Below are positions 16,805-24,000 of a stretch of DNA of 24,000 bases, piece after piece. Below the pieces are notes generated by a model, which saw nothing but the letters and a program-made list of their open reading frames with translations, was not told where the DNA came from and ran no database searches. Within the stretch, counting starts at the first letter, position 1. Every line of letters begins with the position of its first letter. This DNA comes from Kitasatospora sp. NPDC002227 (GTDB lineage: Bacteria > Actinomycetota > Actinomycetes > Streptomycetales > Streptomycetaceae): positions 21,742 through 45,741 of the forward strand of contig NZ_JBEOWY010000041.1 in the NCBI RefSeq assembly GCF_040296285.1, written 5' to 3'. The translations under genes and the position numbers were made by a program.

Positions 16805-16845
16805 CACCGGCCGCCCTCCGGGGAATCCGGAAAAGGCGGCCGGTG
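16805..16845 (-). terminator. Stem-loop terminator candidate after lgt
   Basis: 11-bp outer stem caccggccgcc (16805-16815) / ggcggccggtg (16835-16845) with an inner tccgg/ccgga helix. The stem ends 16 nt downstream of the lgt stop. There is no clear U-tract. Confidence 0.5.
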
Positions 16846-16861
16846 CGGGCATCTGCCCTGG

Positions 16862-17800
16862 TCAGGACGGGTTCTTCGGATCCCCGTCGGAATTCTCCGA
16901 GGCCTGGTCGGCCGGGGTCACCGCGGCATTCTCCTTACCGAGGTCCTGCTCGGACTGAATCAGTTCCTCGCGCGCGGCAGGGTCGATCGAGTCCGGCGCC
17001 TCACGGCCGGGGCGCAGGCGGCTGGAGAGGACGAAGTAGACCACCGCGCCGACGAAGACGACGATCGCCGTCCAGTCGTTCAGACGCAGCCCCAGGATGT
17101 GGTGCGCCTCGTCGATCCGCAGGTACTCGATCCAGGCCCGGCCGACCGTGTAGGCGGCGACGTAGAGCGCGAAGACCCGGCCGTGGCCCAGGGTGAAGCG
17201 GCGGTCGGCCCAGAGCACCAGCAGCGCGACGCCGACGCACCAGAGCGACTCGTACAGGAAGGTCGGCTGGAAGACGCCGTCCACCACGCTGCCGTCCGGC
17301 TCGACCTTGTGGATCTCCAGGCCCCAGGGCAGCGTGGTGGCCTTGCCGTACAACTCCTGGTTGAACCAGTTGCCCCAGCGGCCGCAGGCCTGGGCCAGCG
17401 CGATGCCGGGGGCGATGGCGTCCGCGTAGGCGGGCAGCGGCACCCCCCGGCGGCGCGCGCCGATCCAGGCGCCGACCGCGCCCAGCGCGATCGCGCCCCA
17501 GATGCCGAGGCCGCCCTCCCAGATCTTGAAGGCGTTCCAGGGGTTCTTGCCGTCCCCGAAGTACAGCTGGTGATCGGTGATCACGTGGTAGAGCCGGCCG
17601 CCGACCAGGCCGAACGGCACCGCCCAGACGGCGATGTCCCCCACGGTGTGCTTGGCGCCGCCGCGAGCGACCCAACGCTTGCTGCCGAGCCAGACGGCCA
17701 CGACGACACCGATGATGATGCAGAAGGCGTACGCGCGCAGCGGGATCGGTCCCAGATAGAGGACGCCCCGCGACGGGCTCGGAATGTAAGCGATATCCAT
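16862..17800 (-). CDS. lgt: Prolipoprotein diacylglyceryl transferase
   Basis: MDIAYIPSPSRGVLYLGPIPLRAYAFCIIIG..., GGRLYHV, WEGGLGIWGAI and GRWGNWFNQELYG are typical Lgt motifs, followed by an actinobacterial C-terminal tail. Start is set at ATG 17800 (the M-x-x-AYIPSP N-terminus conserved in actinobacteria) rather than the track GTG at 17839. Confidence 0.9.
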   Translation of the reverse strand: MDIAYIPSPSRGVLYLGPIPLRAYAFCIIIGVVVAVWLGSKRWVARGGAKHTVGDIAVWAVPFGLVGGRLYHVITDHQLYFGDGKNPWNAFKIWEGGLGIWGAIALGAVGAWIGARRRGVPLPAYADAIAPGIALAQACGRWGNWFNQELYGKATTLPWGLEIHKVEPDGSVVDGVFQPTFLYESLWCVGVALLVLWADRRFTLGHGRVFALYVAAYTVGRAWIEYLRIDEAHHILGLRLNDWTAIVVFVGAVVYFVLSSRLRPGREAPDSIDPAAREELIQSEQDLGKENAAVTPADQASENSDGDPKNPS

Positions 17801-17863
17801 GGCGGGGTCGACGCTACCTTGTGCGCCCCCGTCGACCACAACAGGGGCGCGGGCACCGTTTCG

Positions 17864-18721
17864 TCACGGTGAGGGCGGGGTGTTGGACTCGGAGGCGGTG
17901 CTGGTCGGCGCCGGGCTGGCCGAACCGGGGCCGGTGGTGCCCAGTGGCTTGCCCGCGTTGGCCTCGTTGATCCACTTCACCAGGTTGTCCGGGGTGATCT
18001 CCTCGTCCCCCTTCTTCGGGTAGATCGGGGTGCCGTTGAGCAGGATGGTCGGGGTCGACTTGTAGCTCGACTTGTCGAAGTCCTGCTGCACGGCCGAGAC
18101 CCAGCCGGAGTACTTGTTGTCGTTGACGCAGGCCTCGAACTTCGGCGTGTCCAGGCCGGGCACCTGCTTGGCCAGGCTGATCAGGGTGGCCTTGTTGCCG
18201 AAGGAGTCCGAGGTCTCGTCGGGCTGGTTCTTGTAGAGCACGTCGTGGTAGTCGCGGAACTTGCCCGCGTCCTGCGCGCAGGCCAGCGCGTTGGCGCCGT
18301 ACTTGGAGCCCTTGCCGCCGAGCGAGCGGTCGATGAAGGAGACCAGGTGGTAGTTGTTGTAGACCTTGCCCTGGTCCTGCAGCTGGTCGACGGTCGGCGC
18401 GAACTCCCGCTCGAAGGAGCCGCAGGCGGGGCAGCGCGGGTCCTCGTAGATCACCAGGGTGGACGGCGCGTTGGCCGGCCCGTCCGGGATCACCAGGTTC
18501 TTCGTACCGATCGCGCCCGCCGGCGCGGCGACCGGGGTGTCCGGCTTGGAGCGCTGGTTCTGGACCACCACACCGACGGTGACCCCGACGGCGATCACCG
18601 CGACGACGACGCCGATCACCGCCAGCTTCTTGTTCCGCTTGCGGCGGGCCTCCTCGGCCACCCGCTCCTCCTGCAGCCGCTCGCGGGCGGTGCGCTTGCC
18701 TTCTCGGTTCTTCTCGCTCAT
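17864..18721 (-). CDS. Membrane-anchored DsbA-family thiol:disulfide oxidoreductase (thioredoxin fold, CPAC active site)
   Basis: Charged N-terminus, one transmembrane helix (LAVIGVVVAVIAVGVTVGVVV), then YEDPRCPACGSFE with the CxxC motif and a DsbA-like helical insert. Start is ATG 18721; the alternative is TTG 18739. Confidence 0.8.
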   Translation of the reverse strand: MSEKNREGKRTARERLQEERVAEEARRKRNKKLAVIGVVVAVIAVGVTVGVVVQNQRSKPDTPVAAPAGAIGTKNLVIPDGPANAPSTLVIYEDPRCPACGSFEREFAPTVDQLQDQGKVYNNYHLVSFIDRSLGGKGSKYGANALACAQDAGKFRDYHDVLYKNQPDETSDSFGNKATLISLAKQVPGLDTPKFEACVNDNKYSGWVSAVQQDFDKSSYKSTPTILLNGTPIYPKKGDEEITPDNLVKWINEANAGKPLGTTGPGSASPAPTSTASESNTPPSP

Positions 18722-18769
18722 GTGCTCGGTTACGTCCAAGGTGGGGGCCGGTTCTGGTGGTGGGTCAGG

Positions 18770-19264
18770 TCAGGTGGCGAGCCAGGCGTCCGCGGAGAGC
18801 TTCGTCCGGGGCCGGTAGACCAGCCAGGCGGCGAGCAGCAGGAAGCCGGTGTCGCGGAGGATCTCCTGGAGGTACTCGGTCTGCGAGGCGTCGACGGCTC
18901 CGCCGCCGCCGAAGCAGCCGCAGTCGATCGAGATGCCGCGCGCCCAGGCGGAGGTGATCCCGGCGATGAAGGTGAGCAGCAGCAGACCGGAGAGCACGGC
19001 GACGATCCGGGTGCCGAGGCCGAAGAAGAGCAGCAGGGCCAGCGCGAGCTCGAGGAACGGCAGCCCGTACCCGACCGGCTTCACCAGCGACTCGGGCAGG
19101 ATCTCGTACGCCCGCACGGCCTGGGCGGCCTCCGCCGGGTCCGACACCTTCGCCAGACCGGCCCAGGCCCAGACCACCGCCAGGCCCAGCCGCACGGCCA
19201 GACCGAACCACTGCCCCGCCGGCCCGTCGACCGCACGGCGCAGTCCGGTCGTGCTGGTCACCAT
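18770..19264 (-). CDS. MauE/DoxX-family redox-associated membrane protein
   Basis: WAWAGLAKVSDPAEAAQAVRAYEILPE... and the ISIDCGCFGGGG motif are typical of the family. Start is set at ATG 19264 (GGGGGAG 4 nt upstream) rather than the track start at 19336. Confidence 0.8.
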   Translation of the reverse strand: MVTSTTGLRRAVDGPAGQWFGLAVRLGLAVVWAWAGLAKVSDPAEAAQAVRAYEILPESLVKPVGYGLPFLELALALLLFFGLGTRIVAVLSGLLLLTFIAGITSAWARGISIDCGCFGGGGAVDASQTEYLQEILRDTGFLLLAAWLVYRPRTKLSADAWLAT

Positions 19265-19400
19265 CGGGCTCCCCCTCGTCACAGGCACACTCACGCGTCC
19301 TGATGAACCGTAGGGGATGAGGGATGGTTCCTCCACATTCGCGCGTTAAGCCGAATGAGTGAACTATGGTGCACTTATGTCTGATTTGCCCGACAGCGGG

Positions 19401-19658
19401 TCAGTGGTGCGAGCCGGAGCAGCGGTTGGCGGCCCGGATCGCCACCAGGGCCGGCCGCCCGTCCGCCTGCGAGCGGTCCGCCCGCACGGCCGAGGCCATC
19501 CTGGACGCCTCGCTGCACACGTACGCGTCCCGCACGGCCCGCTCGACACCCCGCCTGGCCAACGCATGCCCGACCGACGCCTCCGCACCGAAGGCGGCAC
19601 CCAGCACCAGCACGGCGGCAGCGGCCCGCAGGACAACGGCTCGGTGGAGGCACGGCAC
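19401..19658 (-). CDS. Hypothetical small secreted protein, 85 aa, two cysteines in the mature part
   Basis: Part of track ORF 19401..19709. GTG 19658 lies 6 nt after a perfect AAGGAG. About 92% of codons end in G or C, whereas the other five frames give low-complexity translations. Signal-like N-terminus MPCLHRAVVLRAAAAVLVLGAAFGAEA|SVG. The mature part carries YVCSE and NRCSG. Confidence 0.5.
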   Translation of the reverse strand: MPCLHRAVVLRAAAAVLVLGAAFGAEASVGHALARRGVERAVRDAYVCSEASRMASAVRADRSQADGRPALVAIRAANRCSGSHH

Positions 19659-19774
19659 ACGCGGCTCCTTCGGTAGCGACGGGGAGACCACCTCCACTCG
19701 TCCCTCCACTCAACGCCGGTCAATCGCTACTGATGCGTCGTGCTCGTACTTTTCACTCGGACGGGGCAACCACA

Positions 19775-19850
19775 AGGGGCGCGGGGAACTGCGCGCTGCG
19801 GAAGATGACAGGTCGTCACCTTCCGAGCTCGCGCAGTTCCCCGCGCCCCT
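19775..19850. repeat. Long inverted repeat built from two copies of a 20-nt GC-rich motif (GGGGCGCGGGGAACTGCGCG)
   Basis: 19776-19795 is the exact reverse complement of 19830-19849. A second helix, cggaag (19799-19804) / cttccg (19820-19825), lies inside it, with a 15-nt apical loop. It sits in the trpA-downstream intergenic region. Confidence 0.85.
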
Positions 19851-19895
19851 GGACAGTGCAACTGGCTACTTCGGAGGACGACTCAAGGCCGCTTC

Positions 19896-19925
19896 CTTCC
19901 GCAGCGCGCAGTTCCTCGCGCCCCT
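19896..19925. repeat. Third, unpaired copy of the same repeat arm (cttccg-cag-cgcgcagttcCTcgcgcccc), abutting the trpA stop
   Basis: 19905-19924 differs from 19830-19849 at one position (T19916 versus C). The cttccg module is also conserved (19896-19901). It ends 9 nt from the trpA TAA (19934-19936). Confidence 0.8.
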
Positions 19926-19933
19926 GACGGGGC

Positions 19934-20745
19934 TTACCGCTTCCGGACGCCCTCGGCGAGGTCCGAGGCCAGCTCGCGGACGGCCGTCAGGGCCGCCGCC
20001 TCGTCGCCGTCGGCGTCCAGGATGCGCTGGACGAAGGCGGAGCCGACGATGACCCCGTCCGCGAAGCCGGCGACCTCCGCGGCCTGGGCCGAGGTGGAGA
20101 CACCGAGGCCGACGCAGACCGGCAGGTCGGTGGTGGCACGGGTACGGGCCACCAGGTCCTCGGCCATCGAGCCGACCGCCGCGCGGGTGCCCGTCACGCC
20201 CATGACGGCCGCCGCGTAGACGAAGCCGCTGCCGGCCGCCGTGACCTCGGCGAGGCGGGCGTCCTTGCTGCTGGGGGCGACCACGAAGACGGTGTCGAGA
20301 CCGTGCTCGGCCGCCGCCGCGCGCCAGGGGCCGGACTCCTCGACCGGCAGGTCCGGCAGGATGCAGCCGACGCCGCCCGCGGCGGCCAGCTCGGCGGCGA
20401 ACCGCTCGACGCCGTACCGCTCGACCGGGTTCCAGTAGGTCATCACCAGGACGGCGGCGGCCGGGTGCGCCGAGGCCGCCTCGGCGACCGTCCGGATCAC
20501 GTCCTTGATCTTGACCCCGCCCCGCAGGGCGATGTCGTCCGCGGTCTGGATGGTCGGGCCGTCCAGGACCGGGTCGGAGTGCGGCAGGCCGATCTCGACC
20601 ACGTCGCAGCCGCCCTCGATCAGGGCCTTGACCGCCGCGATGCCGCCGTCCACCGAGGGGAAGCCGGCCGGGAGGTAGCCGACCAGGGCCGCGCGGTCCT
20701 CCGCCTTGGCGGCGGCGAGGACGGTGCTGAGCTTCGAAGCCATGG

Positions 20746-20749
<4 letters not shown>
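19934..20749 (-). CDS. trpA: Tryptophan synthase alpha chain
   Basis: [17 protein letters not shown]...[20 protein letters not shown] and a C-terminal [12 protein letters not shown] 20749 overlaps the trpB TGA (GTGA). ATG 20743 is an alternative start. GGAGG lies just upstream. Confidence 0.95.
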
Positions 20750-21990
<1,241 letters not shown>

Positions 21991-22040
21991 GGCAGAAGTC
22001 CTTGGGTAGGTGAAGCAGAACGATGGCTCGGAACGGCTTC

Positions 22041-22190
22041 TCAGCCGTGAGTCCCGCGCCATCGACGGCCCTGCACCTGCCCGGGCTCACAGCCGATCAC
22101 GTACCGCACCCGCCGCCCCAGCACCCGGCGTGCGGGCGCGCGGCAGCCGCGCGGGCGGCAGCCGGGGGCGAGGCGGGTGGTCAGTGACAT
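22041..22190 (-). CDS. Arg/Cys-rich 49-aa micro-ORF in the trpX position between trpC and trpB
   Basis: ATG at 22190 is 8 nt after the trpC stop. Product is [49 protein letters not shown]. Codons are GC3-rich. Its position matches the small trpX ORF described in the S. coelicolor trpCXBA cluster. I cannot verify homology here. Confidence 0.4.
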   Translation of the reverse strand: MSLTTRLAPGCRPRGCRAPARRVLGRRVRYVIGCEPGQVQGRRWRGTHG

Positions 22191-22198
22191 CGCTGCGG

Positions 22199-23011
22199 TC
22201 AGCCCCGCCCGTTGTTGCGCAGCGCCGGGTGGGCACCGGCGGCCACCAGGTCGGCCACGGCCGCCTTCGGGTCCTTGCCGGTCACCAGCGACTCGCCGAC
22301 CAGGACGGCGTCCGCGCCCAGGTTGGCGTACGCGATCAGGTCGTGCGGGCCACGCACTCCCGATTCGGCCACCTTCACGATGTGCGCCGGGATGGCGTCC
22401 ACCACGTTGCCGAAGGTGTTGCGGTCGACCTCGAGGGTCTTGAGGTTCCGGGCGTTCACGCCGATGATCTTCGCCCCGGCGTCCACCGCCCGGGCGATCT
22501 CCTCCTCGTCGTGCACCTCCACCAGCGGGGTCAGCCCGATCGACTCGGCCCGCTCGATGAGCGAGACGAGTGCGGGCTGGTCCAGCGCGGCCACGATCAG
22601 CAGCGCCAGGTCGGCCCCGTGCGCGCGGGCCTCCCACAGCTGGTAGGCGGTGACGATGAAGTCCTTGCGCAGCAGCGGCGTGTCCACGGCGGCCCGGACG
22701 GCGTCCAGGTCGGCCAGGGATCCGCCGAAGCGGCGCTGCTCGGTCAGCACGCTGATCGCGGCGGCACCACCGGCCGCATAGTCCAGCGCCAGGGCGGCCG
22801 GGTCGGCGATCGCCGCCAGAGCCCCCTTCGAGGGGCTGGACCGCTTGACCTCGCAGATCACCCGGACGCCGTCGCCGCGCAGCGCGGCCACACCGTCCTT
22901 GGCGTCCGGGGCCTTGGCCGCCAGCTCCTTGAGCTCGTCCAGGGAGACCCGGGCCTGCCGCTCGGCGAGGTCCTCACGGACCCCGTCGATGATCTCGTCG
23001 AGCACACTCAC
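22199..23011 (-). CDS. trpC: Indole-3-glycerol-phosphate synthase
   Basis: From GTG 23011: [19 protein letters not shown]..., [29 protein letters not shown] and VAESGV motifs. 270 aa, matching the usual TrpC length. The track ORF carries a 43-aa upstream extension. Confidence 0.92.
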   Translation of the reverse strand: MSVLDEIIDGVREDLAERQARVSLDELKELAAKAPDAKDGVAALRGDGVRVICEVKRSSPSKGALAAIADPAALALDYAAGGAAAISVLTEQRRFGGSLADLDAVRAAVDTPLLRKDFIVTAYQLWEARAHGADLALLIVAALDQPALVSLIERAESIGLTPLVEVHDEEEIARAVDAGAKIIGVNARNLKTLEVDRNTFGNVVDAIPAHIVKVAESGVRGPHDLIAYANLGADAVLVGESLVTGKDPKAAVADLVAAGAHPALRNNGRG

Positions 23012-23195
23012 GCGGGCGCCCCCATCATTCGATCCAGTCAATCCACGGAGTGCGGTGCGCACGGTATCTGGGGTGATCCCATGCCGCAACGCCCCCGTCG
23101 GCTCTTCGATGGTATCGGGCGCGGGGGGCGCGCAGCGCATCCGACCAGCGCGCGTCTCGCGGAGCGGACCTCGGACGCGCCGCTCGCGCCTGCCG

Positions 23196-23636
23196 TCAGG
23201 CGCCCGGCGGGGCGAATCCGGCGCCCGGCGGGAGGTTCCGGAAGACCGTGAAGGCCAGCAGGACCAGCAGCAGCGCGGCCCACTGCCGCCCGCTCGTCCG
23301 CAGCTTCGGCGGGGCGGTGTTGGTGAGCGCGGCCCAGAACCACATCACCCAGTACAGGCCGGCCAGCACGGCCAGGGCCAGCACCAGGACGTTGTCGTGC
23401 CCGGCCGTGGTGAGCTGCCCGTGGCTCATCGCGTGCACGGCCCGCAGTCCGCCGCAGCCCGGGCACCACCAGCCGGTCGCCTGCAGGAACGGGCAGGTCG
23501 GGTAGTGCCCCGGCTGGTTCGGGTCCACCCCGGCCACGTACAGGGTCGGCACCGCCACTGCCGCCAGCGCGGCCACCGGCCGCACCAGCCGCCTGCCGAG
23601 CGAGGGCGCCGGGGCCGGGCCTACGGATGCGTTCAC
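23196..23636 (-). CDS. DUF2752-family membrane protein
   Basis: [22 protein letters not shown] is the DUF2752 signature, followed by transmembrane helices. Start is set at GTG 23636. The track ORF extension up to 23990 reads through G-tracts as Gly/Pro/Arg low-complexity sequence. Confidence 0.75.
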   Translation of the reverse strand: MNASVGPAPAPSLGRRLVRPVAALAAVAVPTLYVAGVDPNQPGHYPTCPFLQATGWWCPGCGGLRAVHAMSHGQLTTAGHDNVLVLALAVLAGLYWVMWFWAALTNTAPPKLRTSGRQWAALLLVLLAFTVFRNLPPGAGFAPPGA

Positions 23637-23730
23637 CCGCCAGATTCTGCCCCGGCCGCGCCGCCGCACCCGGCCGCGCCACGCACGGCCACCGCGCGCG
23701 ACACCCTCGCGAGAGCGCACGCACGACGGA

Positions 23731-23858
23731 GGGGCGCCCCCCCGCCCCGCGGGCCCCCACCCCGCCCCCGCGGGCAGGCGCAGAGCGAGGCCGGGGGCGT
23801 AGTGGGAGCGGGGGCGCCCCCCCCGGCGGGCGGGCCCCCCCCCCCCCGGCCCCCCCCC
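23731..23858. repeat. G/C homopolymer-tract cluster (two modules seeded by the self-complementary GGGGCGCCCC)
   Basis: Plus-strand C runs: C7 at 23737-23743, C4 at 23745-23748, C5 at 23754-23758, C4 at 23760-23763, C5 at 23765-23769, C8 at 23817-23824, C13 at 23835-23847 and C9 at 23850-23858. Palindromes are ggggcgcccc (23731-23740) and gggggcgccccc (23810-23821). Confidence 0.9.
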
Positions 23859-23880
23859 TCCGGGAAGCCTGGGAGCTGCC

Positions 23881-24000
23881 TCAGACGGTGACGGCGGTCT
23901 TCGTCTCGGCGGCGGCCGCGACCGCGTGAGTGTGGGTGGTGGCCTGCTTGCCCATGCCCGCCATGGACATCGCCTTGCCGACGACGCCACCGAGGACGAC
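23881..24000 (-). CDS. 3' end of a minus-strand gene (39 C-terminal codons), probably the trp-cluster-associated membrane protein
   Basis: In-frame translation to the window edge is VVLGGVVGKAMSMAGMGKQATTHTHAVAAAAETKTAVTV*. Codons are GC3-rich. Function is guessed only from synteny: actinobacterial trpE-(membrane protein)-trpC clusters. Confidence 0.4.
   Translation of the reverse strand, partial: VVLGGVVGKAMSMAGMGKQATTHTHAVAAAAETKTAVTV

Noticed and set aside
23012-23198. Trp-rich frame upstream of trpC (...[20 protein letters not shown], four Trp in 61 codons), considered as a trp attenuation leader peptide
   Set aside because: The frame has no ATG, GTG or TTG start between the DUF2752 stop and its own stop. 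GC3 is only about 72%. No terminator/antiterminator pair is evident.
23637-23990. N-terminal extension of the DUF2752 ORF (track ORF 23196..23990, 264 aa)
   Set aside because: The extension is a translation of the G/C homopolymer tracts (GGGGPGGGGPARRGG...) and also overlaps the 3' end of the upstream gene in another frame. DUF2752 proteins are about 130-150 aa.

Overview
High-GC actinomycete chromosome segment, Streptomycetaceae-like by gene content; real genes have about 90% G/C at codon position 3. All family names below come from motifs I recognise by eye, because no database search was possible.

Core region (about 9.4-24 kb), entirely on the minus strand: glutamate synthase gltB-gltD (translationally coupled), a VIT1/CCC1 metal transporter, lgt, a DsbA-like and MauE/DoxX redox pair, then trpA-trpB, a trpX-like micro-ORF, trpC, a DUF2752 membrane protein, and the 3' end of another membrane protein.

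Accessory region (1-9.4 kb): an ArsR-type regulator (5' truncated), a TrmB-N/LuxR-C regulator, an unannotated 46-aa exported peptide gene coupled to a 102-aa orphan ORF, a secreted CHAP amidase fused to a seven-blade PLL/DUF346-like beta-propeller, a Tat-type secreted alpha/beta hydrolase, an aldehyde dehydrogenase, a WhiJ-like XRE regulator, and a solo IS200/IS605-type tnpB element.

The most interesting observations:
1. The small exported peptide cassette next to the LuxR regulator and the CHAP-lectin.
2. The CHAP-lectin architecture, built from 306-bp tandem repeats that differ by 1 nt in 255.
3. The tnpB element, which has an intact RuvC triad and matching left-end and right-end hairpins. 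The right end fits IS608 geometry (TCAA 10 nt past the hairpin foot), which predicts an omega-RNA and its guide.
4. An unannotated two-cysteine secreted mini-protein beside the DsbA/MauE pair.
5. Three copies of a 20-nt palindromic repeat after trpA that can form mutually exclusive hairpins.
6. A 245-bp intergenic stretch in the trp cluster with G7-G13 homopolymer tracts and G-quadruplex motifs on the sense strand.

No tRNA, rRNA or CRISPR array was seen. Many long ORFs in the track are antisense or off-frame shadows typical of high-GC DNA.
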